Of a stretch of DNA of 64,000 bases, positions 12,178-23,941 are shown piece by piece. The stretch is from Octopus vulgaris. Taxonomy: Eukaryota. The notes under the pieces were generated by a model. That model saw only the letters and a program-made list of their open reading frames with translations. It made no database searches and was not told where the DNA came from. Every line of letters starts with the position of its first letter. Within the stretch, counting starts at the first letter, position 1. The DNA lies in assembly GCA_951406725.2 (NCBI GenBank), contig OX597839.1:23684001-23748000 (forward strand), read 5' to 3'. The position numbers and the translations under genes were made by a program.

Positions 12178-12570
12178 CTCTTTTACTCGTTTCAGTCAGT
12201 TGACTGTGGCCATGCTGGAGCACCGCCTTTAATCGAGCAAGTCGACCCCGAGACTTATTCTTTTGAAAGCCCAGTACTTATTCTATCAGTCTCTTTTGCT
12301 GAACTGCTAAGTAACAGGGACATAAACACACCAGCATCGGTTGTCAAGCAATGCTAGGGGGACAAACACAGACACACAAACACACACATGCATATATATA
12401 TACATATATACGACAGGCTTCTTTCAGTTTCCGTCTACCAAATCCACTCACAAGGCTTTGGCTGGCCTAAGGCTATAGTAGAAGACACTTGCCCAAGGTG
12501 CCACACAGTGGGACTGAACCCGGAACCATGTGGTTGGTAAACAAGCTACTTACCACACAGCCACTCCTGC
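12176..12570 (-). mobile_element. Full-length tRNA-derived SINE family A
   Basis: A box TGGCTGTGTGG, B box GGTTCAGTCCC, ccttgggcaagt core, internal microsatellite, gtaaaagagta tail. Confidence 0.85.
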
Positions 12571-13365
12571 ATATAAATATATATGCATACATACACATAC
12601 ATATGTACATACATATATTTGTATTTACATGCATATATGGGCACAAGACACCACAGAACATGAACAACATCATCATCATCAACATGAAATTCGAAAAACA
12701 AAACCATGGAATATGAACTTTTTTTGTGAACAACAAAAGAAACAAACGGAAAACAAGACAAGTGACATGAAAAAACGACCCTTCATCAGATGTTGGCTGT
12801 TTTTCTACTTCGTATTTCGAGCATTTCACAACAAGATATGTTTTCCATATAACAGTTGCTCCCACAAAGCAAATATATATTAAAAGTCAGGGTGCAATAT
12901 GCACCTGCTTGCTAGAAAAAATAGTTAAAACTCTCCAAAGCCATGCATCTCTCACTATATGTAATCACACACGGAGAATATAGCAAATATACTAAAAATA
13001 ACAGTTGTCTCCATTTGTAAAACTGCAAAGGGTGGGGTGGGGTGGAGGGGGTAGATATCCCAGCATCAATTGATTTTGCTTTCTGTGCCGAATTGACACT
13101 TAAAGCTCATCAACTAGGCTTACGGCATTGACTATTTCTTAAAATATATTTACCAATCCGTGTGCGTCTGTTACATAAGATTCAGTCTGCTGGAACCCAT
13201 TGGAGGGTACCTAAAGAAAAAAATCTAACCATTTCACTAACCATTTGTCGATTGTGAAACATGAGTGTCACTACATAAACCTAATGATTGTGTAACGCAT
13301 GAAAATACTAGTTTATTTCAATATTGTAAAATTGTAAAAATTGTAAATAATAAAACATGAAAATC

Positions 13366-13418
<53 letters not shown>

Positions 13419-13764
13419 TATATATACACATGCAGACATGTATATTTGTATATGGTCTATAATCGTCACACTTGTAAGAGAAATAATTGTCTCCAGTGTC
13501 ACAGATATTCTAACAGAATTGGAGACACCTGTTTACACAGGTACATCCATACTTGACTGAAGCCTAAACAATAGCCCAATTCCTACATCAAATCAAAGAA
13601 AATCTCCTCACAATAATTTCCTACCTGTCCACTCACTACAAACACACACTTTCCTCCTATCCTCTGCTATCCCCCTTCCTACACATTTACTTATGTACAC
13701 CAATTCTAATCCTCATACATTCACGTACCTCACTCCAAATAAAAACATTAAACTTGCTAATCAA

Positions 13765-14375
13765 CATCATCATCATCATCGTTTAACGTCCGCTTTCCAT
13801 GCTAGCATGGGTTGGACGGTTCGACCGGGGATCTGGGAAGCCAGAAGGCTGCACCAGGCTCCGGTCTTATCTGGCAATGTTTCTACAGCTGGATGCCCTT
13901 CCTAACGCCAACCACTCCGTGAGTGTAGTGGGTGCTTTTTACGTGCCACCTGCACTGGTACCAGGCGAGGCTGGCATCGGCCATGGTCGGATTGGTGCAT
14001 TTTACGTGCCACCGGCACGGAAGCCAGTCGAGGCGGCACTGGCTTCGGCCACAATTCGGATGGTGCTTTTTACGTGCCACCGACACGGAAGCCAGTCGAG
14101 GCGGCACTGGCATCGGCCACGATTCGGATAGTGCTTTTTACGTATCTCCAGTCCAGGGGTCCTGGCATCTGCCAGGTGCCAGTGATAGGATTGGTTCAAT
14201 TTCGATTCCGATTTCACTTGCCCCAACAGGTCTTCGCAAGCCAAGCGGGGTTGGCATAGGTGCCTGTCGTCGGATGAGGTTCGATATCGACTTCGCTTGC
14301 CTCAACAGGTCTTTGTGTGTCCAAGGGAGGAAAGGCATGCATAAGTGGGCTGGACTCACTTGTCCTGCTAATGAC
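13765..14375 (-). mobile_element. Long family B copy
   Basis: (CAT)n tail and four tttacgtgccacc subrepeats, extending further 5' than most copies. Confidence 0.75.
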
Positions 14376-14529
14376 TTTACAAAGCCAAGAAAGAGCTTTG
14401 TAACAGTTTACAAGACATATATCAAAAAGTATTGAGTAATCCTTCAGTTTAATATTTGTTTCAAATTTTGGCACAAGGCCATCAATTTCTGGAGATGGGG
14501 TTAGTCAATTACATTGACCCCAGTGTTCA

Positions 14530-14815
14530 CATCATCATTGTTCAACATCCTCCTTCCGTGCTGGCATGGGTTGGACAGTTTGATAGGAGCTGGCCAGGCA
14601 GAAGACTGCGCCAGACCTCTGTGTCAATTTTTTACATGGTTTTTACAGGTGGATGTCCTTCCTAACACCAACCACCCTGCACAGTGGACTGAACACTTTT
14701 ACAGGGCACCAGCACAGGCAAGGTCAGTTTTGGCATGGTTTTTATGGCTGGATGCCCTTTCAAATGCCAACCACTTCACAGTGTGGACTGGGTGCTTTAT
14801 ATGTGGCACCAGCAC
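14530..14815 (-). mobile_element. Diverged family B copy
   Basis: catcatcattgttcaacatcc..gctggcatgggttggacag..ggatgcccttt. Confidence 0.6.
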
Positions 14816-15004
14816 TGTTAGTACTTATTTTGTCACCCCTAAAGGATGAAATGCAAAATCGACCTCAACAGAATTTGAACTCAGCATGTAAAGATTGACA
14901 AAATGTCATAAAGCATTTTGCTTGGCATGCTACGGATTCTTCCCACTCACCACCTTAAACCCACAGATTAATATTAAATTGCTTTTATATTTAATTTGGC
15001 CAAG

Positions 15005-15218
15005 GCAGCAAGCTGGCAGAAGCATTAGCACACCGGGTGAAATGCTTAGTGGTATTCCGTCTGTCTTTACATTCTGAGTTCAAATTCCACCAAGGTGGAC
15101 TTTGCCTTTTGTCCTTTCGGGGGTCGATAAATTAAGTACCAGTTGCATACTGGGGTCGATCTAACAGACTGGCCCCCTCCCAAAAATTTTGGGCTTTGTG
15201 CCTAGAGTAGAAAAGATT
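15005..15218 (+). mobile_element. SINE family C (Nin/Deu-domain-like)
   Basis: gctggcagaa..ttagcac..gagttcaaattc..tttgcctttt.tcctttcgggggtcgataaattaagtaccag, resembling the conserved Nin/Deu SINE domain. Confidence 0.65.
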
Positions 15219-15261
15219 TTAATATATAACTTGGGCAAAAAACAAACATTATTGTATTTCT

Positions 15262-15720
15262 TTATACTCTTTTCTACATTTCAATCATATGATTGTGGCC
15301 ATGCTGGAGCACTACCCCGGGACTTATTCTTTGTAATCCTAGTACTTATTCTATTGGTCTCTTTTGACAAACTGCTAAGTTTCAGGGACATAAACACACC
15401 AACATCAGTTGTCGAGTGATGGTGGGGCGACAAACACAGACACAAAGGCGCACACACACACATAAATATACATACATGTGTGTGTGTGTGTATGTATATG
15501 TCCAACCCATGCTAGCATGGAAAACAGATGTTAAATGATGATGATGATATATATACACAACGGGGTTCTTTCAGTTTCCCTCTACCAAATTTACTCACAA
15601 AGCTCTGGTCAGCCCGAGGCTACAGTAGAAGACACTTGCGCAAGGTGCCATGCAGTGGGACTGAACCCGGAACCATGTGGTTGGGAAGCAAGCTTTTTAC
15701 CACACAACCACTCTTACACC
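15262..15720 (-). mobile_element. SINE family A with a nested family B tail fragment (15500-15547)
   Basis: Both SINE halves are present, and ccaacccatgctagcatggaaaacagatgttaaatgatgat sits in the central microsatellite. Confidence 0.75.
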
Positions 15721-16973
15721 TATAAAAACATGAGCAATATAAAATGAAATATTTTGTTGAAGAACACTGTGCACAACCTGGTCCTGGAATCGAAACCCCA
15801 GCCTTTCAGTCATGAGTACAACACCCTCACCATTAGGCCACGTGCCTCTGTAACTATAATCACATACATATACACACACAGATACCTACATACTTACGCA
15901 GACATGGATATACACGCACACCACAAGCACAAACGCACTAACACACAGCTGTATGCACTGATGTGTCGATATACTCAAATGCAGTCCCCGTCCTCACCTA
16001 CAGAGAAGGTGGTGATGGGTTGCACGCACACACACATGCTCCAACACATTACAGCATTCACACACACATACACACACAGAGAAATGCACAAAAGTGCATG
16101 CGTGCACAAGCGCGATGTCGCTTATCAACAATTCAAATTCGATCCCTCCATTTTCTTTACCGCCACCACCGCCACCACGTCCTTTCCCCTCCACCTCCCC
16201 CTGCTCTTCTTCCCCCCTACTCACCCTTCCCTCTCAAAATTGTTTTACATCAGTTTTAAGCGATCTCTGCGTTGACCTACAGCTAAAAAGACAAAACTTA
16301 CAAATTAGATATTTACAAGTCCACATCTTATAGGTACGAATTCTTCGATATGAAAACAGTTTACCTTCTAATTATTCTTTATTTCAAACTTTTAAACTAA
16401 TTAACATTGATTTCTACGAATTTCAGACAAATTCCACCAAACTTAGCCAATAATTAGAAAAATAAAATTTTCACTAGTTTTTTATTTTTGTTTTATCAAT
16501 TTTTTTTTTTAAAAACTAATTCAATTTCCTGTTAAGGATAATTGAATTTACCTGTTCATACCAATAGAGAAATAATGCATTTAGTGACTATTTTTAGGGA
16601 AGAAGAAGGAAAAAACATTAGAAATATTAATATTCTATCCACAGGCCTTGCGATGGTTGTGAAGCGGCACCTAGTGGTAGAATGTGATAACAAAAGCTGT
16701 TATATGACTCTCTATGTCTACCTGTAATCTTCTAAAGTGGGCAGTAATACATTTAATGTAATTAACAAAAAATATTTCAGTTTGTTGACATTACAAATAT
16801 AATGAGGAGGGAAAGACATCATTAATTAGTCAAGAAAAAGTAAGGGAGACAACCTTGGAATATAAACTAATAAAATTTACTATAAAACTCCTTCTTTGAT
16901 AAAAAGATATTTTTTCATGAAAATCCAGATTAAAATTAGGGGTGTGTATAATACAGAGTATAAGGGATGTGTA

Positions 16974-17181
16974 TGAGAGGTTGCTAAGTTCCTGGCTCAA
17001 TGTGAGAGGCTTGGTTGGAGGCCCAGCATTCCAAGTTTTTTTACAGGGCTTAGAAAAACTGAAGGACCATGGCAATAAATGTGTGAATTTGGGAGGGATA
17101 CATGTTGATAAAATCATAATTAGCTAATCCTCATCCTGTATTCTGTTTTATCCAAAGCTGGGAACTTTTCAACACCCCTCG
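16974..17181 (+). mobile_element. Mariner-derived MITE
   Basis: TA-flanked TIRs (tgagaggttgctaagttcctggct / agctgggaacttttcaacacccctcg). The internal GLEKLKDHGNKCVNLGGIHVDK resembles the mariner C-terminus. Confidence 0.7.
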
Positions 17182-17414
17182 TATATATATATATAATTAA
17201 AATAAGCAACAGGATATCCAGAAGTAATGCAGTACAATCGTTTCAAGCGACTCCATTTAATTGAAAAATGCAACCATTTCATCAATTTTAATGCAGAGCA
17301 ATCCTCAGTTGCATAAAAACATAAATTCATACTGAGCTTATATAAAACAAAACTGGTATCTTCACAACTTAAAATTAACTGCTTAGATTATAATTTAATT
17401 AATATATCCAGATA

Positions 17415-17832
17415 GGCGCAGGAGTGGCTGTGTGGTAAGTAGCTTGCTAACCAACCACATGGTTCTGGGTTCAGTCCCACTGCATGGCATCTTGAGCACG
17501 TGTCTTCTGCTATAGCCCCGGGCTGACCAATGCCTTGTGAGTGGATTTGGTAGACGGAAACTGAAAGAAGCCTGTCGTATATATGTATATATATATATAT
17601 ATAAGTGTGTGTGAATATGTTTGTGTGTCTGTGTTTGTTCCCCTAGCATTGCTTGACAACCGATGCTGGTGTGTTTACGTCCCCGTAACTTAGCGGTTCG
17701 GCAAAAGAGACCGATAGAATAAGTACTGGGCTTACAAAGAATAAGTCCCGGGGTCGATTTGCTCGACTAAAGGTGGTGCTCCAGCATGGCCGCAGTCAAA
17801 TGACTGAAACAAGTAAAAAGAAAAAAAGAGAG
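17415..17832 (+). mobile_element. Full-length SINE family A
   Basis: GGCGCAGGAGTGGCTGTGTGGTAAG start, B box, core and tail. Confidence 0.9.
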
Positions 17833-18089
17833 TAATATAGTTAGCATGTTCTTTCGCCTCGGTACTCCTTTATTAAATACCAGTAAATGCCAATGATCAA
17901 TCTTCATAGATACCACCTGATAAATTAGTATTTAAGTATATATAATATGTATAAATATTAAACTATTTCTATGTAATTTCTTTTCCTCCCTCTATTGTGA
18001 TAAAATCTGGTATATACTCAAAAGTATCCAAAACACTTTTATCCTTTTGTTATAATATTCTTCTTAATAATCTTCTTGATAACCCTAAA

Positions 18090-18740
18090 TATTGCCAATA
18101 CCCATTTGCACAGCGTCTGGCAGTCAGTTGGGTTTTATTTCTTGCCTTTCTGAGTTCTTCGAGTGACTTTGTAGAAGAATCACTCTTGTATTGCATCAGA
18201 GCTGCACGCTTTGCTTTGATAACTGTTTCCAGCTCTGAGAGCCCAGCACTGAACCAATCTGGGTCTTGCCTTTCTCTCATGCCGAAAGTATCTATTGATG
18301 TGGTATACGAAGCTTCCCTGATATAATTCCACCGACTTTCAGCAGAGGAGGTTGGGCAGCTACTGAGAGCAACCTTGATAGAAGCAGCAAAACATTGTCA
18401 CAGTGTAGGGTCTGAGGTTCTGGCAGTGTTAATGCGTGGTCGGCCCATTTTCTTGGAGTGATGGACTTTTTTAGGCAGAATCCTCATCCTGCTTCTTATT
18501 AGTGAATGATCTGTGTCACAATCCGCACTGTGATAACTACGGGTCAGTTGAACAGAATTCAGAAAGGATCTTCGTGTAAGGATGAGATCCAGCTGATGCC
18601 AGTGGTGAGAATTTGGATGTCTCCAAGATGCCTTGTGGGATGTCTTGTTGGCAAAGAATGTGTTAGTGATGCACAGGTTATGGTATGTGCAAAATTCAAG
18701 TAGTCTCTGACCATTGTCATTCATGTTGCCAATACCAAAA
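18090..18740 (-). mobile_element. RTE-clade LINE fragment (AP endonuclease and linker)
   Basis: FGIGNMNDNGQRLLEFC..LCITNTFF..SWRHP..HWHQLDLIL..SADCDTDHSLI..PDWF..RKARNKTQLTARRCANGYW, with one internal stop. Confidence 0.9.
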
Positions 18741-18803
18741 CACATACACTTACATATATACATACATATACGATTGATTTGTTTCAGTTCCTGTCTACGA
18801 AAT

Positions 18804-18843
<40 letters not shown>

Positions 18844-18904
18844 ACACACACACAAAGATAAACAAAAATATGAGACACTGTGTAGTGCCTTTTTATATTT
18901 TGAT

Positions 18905-19205
18905 AAGCCTGGTACTTATTCTATCAGTTTCTTCTTGTGAAACCAGTAAGTTATTGGGATGTAAATAAACGAACACCAGTGGTGAGGCAGTGATGAGGGA
19001 GAAACACAAAGACACACACATAGACTTACATATATACATATACATACAATTGATTTCTTTCAGTTTCCGTCTACAAAATCCACTGAAAAGGCTTTGGTTG
19101 GTCAGAGACTATAGCAGAAGACACATGACAAGTCACCACACAGTGGGACTGAACTGAGGAACATGTTTTGGAACCAAGTTTGTTACCACATAGCCACACC
19201 TGCAC
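18905..19205 (-). mobile_element. Diverged SINE family A
   Basis: tttcagtttccgtctacaaaatccac..cagtgggactgaac. Confidence 0.65.
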
Positions 19206-19388
19206 CTATCTGTGTGTGTGTGGGGGGGTGTATGTATGTGTGTATGGGTGTATATATGTATGCATATAAATATGTGTGCATATTACATGTACATCTATAT
19301 ATATATACAATTGCAGCGTGGGAGGTGTTTATAAGCCATTTAAGAAACACACAAAAGCCGTTCGATTCACTCCAACATTTAAGTTTAA

Positions 19389-19438
19389 TTTGTCAAAATA
19401 TTTTCGTCGCTAAAATCCACGACCTGTTCACTGACAAA
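19389..19438 (-). ncRNA. Minimal hammerhead motif with G3-C8 core
   Basis: TTTGTCA-GTGAACA-G-GTCGT-ggatttta-GCGAC-GAAA-ATAT-TT-TGACAAA. Confidence 0.6.
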
Positions 19439-19476
19439 GTCCGTGCTGCATCTCAGCACAGAGATGCAGCACGGAC

Positions 19477-19526
19477 TTTGTCAGTGAACAGGTCGCGGAT
19501 TTTAGCGACGAAAATATTTTGACAAA
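19477..19526 (+). ncRNA. Minimal hammerhead motif with G3-C8 core
   Basis: Stem I 19477-83/19520-26; GTGAACA 19484-90; stem II GTCGC/GCGAC; GAAA 19510-13; palindromic ATAT loop; UU site. Confidence 0.7.
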
Positions 19527-19667
19527 TTAAACTTAAATGTTGGAGTGAATCGAACGGCTTTTGTGTGTTTCTTAAATGGCTTATAAACACCTCCCACGCT
19601 GCAATTGTTTTCGTTTCAGCACACGATCTCAGATCAAATTACTTGCTATGCGAGTACATCTCCGTAA

Positions 19668-19698
<31 letters not shown>

Positions 19699-19812
19699 TA
19701 GACATACATGTATATCTATAGAAATACATCTATACATATACATGTATACATATACAGCTATATATATACATCCATATACATACAATAAAGAAATGTTTTT
19801 GTTTCACTTTTA

Positions 19813-20170
19813 ACACTTAATACTGAAATAGTGGAGAGGATATGATATTGCTGTGGGCTCGCCCTAGACAAGAAGTTAAACATTTTCTTTGCCCATAACA
19901 CTACATGGACCCTAAGTAAGGCATGTCTAAAATTTGAATGAAATTGGTTGTGTAGTTCTCAAGTTTTAGGGATTCATAGTGGAGAAGATATGATATTGCT
20001 ATGGGCTCACCCTAGGCAAGAAGTTAAACATTTTCTTTGCCCATAACACTACATGGACCCTAAGTAAGGCATGTGTAAAATTTGAATGAAATTGGTTGTG
20101 TAGTTTTCAAGTTTTAGGGAAATACACAGACAGACAGACAGACACACATTCTCAGTTTTATATATATAGA
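19813..20170 (-). mobile_element. Helitron-like non-autonomous element, 5' part, with 148-bp internal duplication
   Basis: Minus strand starts A|TCTATATATATAAAACTGAGAATGTGTGTCTGTCTGTCTG, followed by an aaccaatttcattcaaatttt motif. gtggag recurs at 19831 and 19979. Confidence 0.6.
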
Positions 20171-20285
20171 TAGCAATATTGTTTAAAATATTCAACTATA
20201 GTACTCCATGATAAAATATCCCCTATATTATCATCATTGGTTTAATTCTTCTGGGGGCTGATAAAATGAAATACCAATCAGTTAT

Positions 20286-20658
20286 AGGTGCAGGAGTAGC
20301 TGTGTGGTAAGAAGCATGTTTCCCAACCTCATGGATCTGGGTTCAGTCCCACTGGGTGGCACCTTGGCCATGTGTCTTCTGCTGTAGCCTTGGGCTGACC
20401 AATACCTCATGAGTGGATTTGGTAGACAGAAACTGAAGGAAGCCCATCATATGTGTGTGTGTGTGTGTCTCCCCACCATCGCTTGACAACTGATGTTAGT
20501 GTGTTTACATCTCTATAACTTAGTGGTTCGGCAAAAGGGATCAATAGAATAAGTACTAGGTTTACAAAGAATAAGTCCTGGGGTCAATTTCTTTGACTAA
20601 AGGCGGTGCTCCAGCATGACTGCAGTCAAATGACTGAAACAAGTAAAAGAATAAAAGA
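20286..20658 (+). mobile_element. SINE family A
   Basis: A and B boxes, core and tail. Confidence 0.85.
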
Positions 20659-21368
20659 ATTATTCAAATCCCCTAATCAGCTGAAACCCACCTGCCTCCC
20701 TATAAATTTGAGGCCTCGTACCTATGACAGAAATCAATATGATTTACCTTTAAAAAATCTTAACGAGGAATTTTTAATTTGTACGATTTGATATGTTTTC
20801 CAAGAAGATCAATAGCGAAGCAAAGTGTTAAATTATTCACAAAATGATCGATTGCCACGAACACAGAGTAACAATTATTCCAGTGGTGATCACACCATCT
20901 TTAAACAGAAACCATCTTTTTAATGCCGAGCGATCAAAGAACACGATTTAAGAAACAGTGAGACAATTCGTGTATTGATCACTTATAGGTTGATGTCGTT
21001 TGGTTTTGTTTTAGCTTTTGTGCGTTTGCTGGGAATGGGGGGATACACATGTGGGGGGAAGGACAGAGGGGTTCACAGAGGGGGCTGAAGATGGTGGGGG
21101 GGGGCACAGAGAGACAATTGTGCAGAGATTGCGGAATCGAGTCAGGGTGAGGCTGGTGGTGTTGGGGGGAGGGGGTGGGGATAAATTGAACCAGTTTTTT
21201 TTCTTTTTCTTTTTTTGGATGGTCATTGTGATTGCTATCGTCCTGTTAGTCTCCAGGCCAGGTCACTGAATTTACTCGGTGACTCAATCCAAGAAAGTAG
21301 AGGAACTACTTCAAACAGATTGCTGTTACAAGTGATTACGACCACCACTACTACTGCTAATAATAGTA

Positions 21369-21405
<37 letters not shown>

Positions 21406-21525
21406 GAGGAAGAAGAGAATAATTTCTGATATAGTTCCTCACATATTAGCCGCAGCAGTGAGAGCAGCAGCTGTTCTGGTAGTGGTGATGGCGGCAGCGG
21501 CAGTGTTGGTGGTGGCGGTGATGGT

Positions 21526-21900
21526 AAGAAGAAGAAGAGGAGGCGGGGGAGGAGGAGGAGGAGGAAGGGGAGGAAGTAGAAGAAGAAGAAGAAGAAGAAG
21601 AAGAAGAAGAAGAAAAAGGAGAAGAAGGAGAAGAAGAAGAAGAAGAAGAAGAAGGAGAAGAAGAAGGAGACGAAGAAGAAGAAAAAGCAGAAGGAAGAAA
21701 GAGAAGAAGAAGGAGGAGAAGGAGAAGAAGAAGAAGGAGACAAAGAAAAAGAAGAAGAAGAAGAAGAAGAAGAAGAAGGAGAAGAAGAAGAAAAAGAAGG
21801 AGAAGAAGAAGAAGAAGAAGAAGAAGGAAGAAGAAGAAGAAGGAGAAGGAGAAAAAGGAGAAAAAGAAGAAAAAGAAGAAGAAGAACAACAACAACAACA
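21526..21900. repeat. Polypurine (GAA/GGA)n tract
   Basis: About 360 nt of almost pure purine on the + strand. Confidence 0.95.
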
Positions 21901-22113
21901 GATAATTCCTGTGGGCTATGGAGTGTTGTATTTTTATCCATTAATGGAACCAACAGTGTGCTACAGATATTTATACGTAAACACAGAGCGGGGAATCAGA
22001 GTCAACTCTTAACATTTATCTATCTGTGTATATCGGTGAATGGCTGAGAGGAGTCCCTGCCTCCACCGCCACCTCTGCATTACCTCCCTTTATTTCCCCT
22101 CATAATACATCAC

Positions 22114-22148
<35 letters not shown>

Positions 22149-23065
22149 TCTGGTCTGTTATTTGTGGTGGCGTTAGTGTTCAACCTACACAAACCTCCCT
22201 ATTCAGTCCCCCCCCCACCTCAGAAATACAATCGTCAACCTCATTCCAGACTGAGTGAGGTTTAGATGCTGATTCAAACTGTATTGGTTGGTGTATGTGG
22301 GTGTGTCTGTGAGTTAGAGGGGGGAGAGAGGGAGAGAGAGAGGTTGGAGGAAGAGAGGGAGAGAAAGAGAGGTTGGAGTGAGAGAGAAGTTGGAGGGAGA
22401 GAGAAGTTGGAGGGAGAGAGTGTGTGTGTATGTATATGTGTGTGTGGAGGTTAGAGAGAAAGAGAGGGAAAGAAAGTGAGAGAGAGAGAAAGTGAGAGAG
22501 AGAGTGTGAGAAAAAGAGAGTGTGTGGGAGAGACAGAGAGTGTGTGAGAGAGAGAAAAAGAGTGTGTGTGAGAGCAAAAATGGGTGTATGTTAGTGTGTG
22601 TGTGTGTAAAGCACATTGCATTACTCCTTCCTGTCTTTCTCTCCTTTCCTTTCCTTTATTTCTCTCTTTCTCTCTCTCTTTTTCTCTCACACACACATGC
22701 ACTCACACACACACACGTATTTTTCCCAAAAACTCCCAAAAACTTACATCTTTGTAAGACAAAATGAAAATTATTTTCTGCTAAACTAGAAAAAGTGTCA
22801 AGTTAGGATAGTTTTGTAGAGTATAGTCCCTTAGTTGCTCACTAGTGCCATGGCCACTCTTGCCCAAAACGGTAATACCTGTCAAGGGCCCCAGTTATGT
22901 GTCAAGTAGCTGAAGGTTATCTTATGGCCAAATCCTACAAAACTGGGAAGAAGCAATGACCCCAAAACGTGTTCTGTTGGTACACGAACCTCAAGAACTT
23001 GTCCCCTACAAACTAAGCGTTTGCTAGTCCCTATGTCTCAAGGATAAACTTGGGATCATAGGAGA

Positions 23066-23236
23066 CACTAGCGTAGCTAGAGTGTATGCTGCCTGGGGTG
23101 GCCCTTCAGTTTTCCACCTCCTGGGCCCTCACAAAATATACATATTGCCCACAGCAGAATCAAAAGTGGTGCTGCCCCCAAAAAAGTGCTGCCCAGGGTG
23201 GGCACCCCCTATGCGCCACCTCTAGCTACGTTTGTG
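23066..23236. mobile_element. Possible hAT-like MITE
   Basis: TIR-like cactagcgtagctaga / tctagctacgtttgtg with subterminal tgctgccc motifs. Confidence 0.45.
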
Positions 23237-23569
23237 GTAGGAAACAAACAGAATAAACTCTGAATATACAGGAAGAGGCAACAGGGAAGCATCGTTGTGT
23301 TCTTCCCAAGAGAAATCCTGATGGTCCATGGTTTCCTTCTTGTGGGAAAATGACAAGCCACAGTTTCCTGCTGCCTTCAGCTGGTTCATCTGTAGTTTAC
23401 TCTGTGAGGATCCTGCTCTCCTCAATATAATCTTGAGGCAGAAGGTGTATCTAATTGCTGGACAGGGGTACTGGGTCACATGACATGGACCACTCTCTTT
23501 AGAGTTGGTACTTGGAGAGAGAGAGGGGGGAGAAAGGGAGAAAGATGGAAGAGCAGGAGGGAGAGACAG

Positions 23570-23941
23570 AGACAGACAGACAGACAGAGGGATGAGAGGG
23601 GGATGAAAGAGACAGGAAGAAAAGAGAGAGAAGACAAAGAGGAAGGAAAGGGAGAGGAAGAAGAAAGGGGGAGACGGAGAAGGTGAGAGTAGAAGGAGGA
23701 AGACGAGATCGGAGAAGAGGAGGACAGATGGAAAGGGAGGAGGAGAGAGCAAGAGAGAGAGAGACAAACAGATAGACAGGGGGATGAAAGGGGGATGAAA
23801 GAGACAGGAAGAAAAGAGAGAGAAGACAAAGAGGAAGAAGAAAGGGGGAGACGGAGAAGGTGAGAGTAGAAGGAGGAAGATGAGATCAGAGAAGAGGAGG
23901 ACAGATGGAAAGGGAGGAGGAGAAGGGAGGAGGAGAGAGCA
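23570..23941. repeat. Purine-rich tandem duplication, unit about 180-190 bp, two copies
   Basis: ggggatgaaagagacaggaagaaaagagagagaagacaaagaggaag..ggacagatggaaagggaggagga occurs twice. Confidence 0.85.

Larger units (their letters stand above)
19307..19668. mobile_element. Penelope-like terminal repeat arranged as a palindrome of about 300 bp
   Basis: Arms 19307-19454 and 19461-19608 are near-perfect complements around a 6-nt spacer; homologous to 6995-7142. Confidence 0.8.

Noticed and set aside
12770-12830. CTGATGA and CTCGAAA on the minus strand in type II hammerhead order
   Set aside because: No stem I and no valid A-U/UH junction can be drawn.
15960-16340. CpG-containing stretch ending in donor-like AG|GTACGA
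   Set aside because: It could be a non-coding exon, but a single weak splice motif is not enough evidence.
17268-17315. ATGCAA-CTGAGGA..GAAA..TTGCAT on the minus strand
   Set aside because: Stem II does not pair and the cleavage triplet is missing; at best a heavily decayed remnant.
21215-22012. 265-aa Arg/Lys/Glu-rich ORF resembling a protamine or basic protein
   Set aside because: It is a translation of the (GAA)n tract with a non-ATG start and is open in several frames on both strands.
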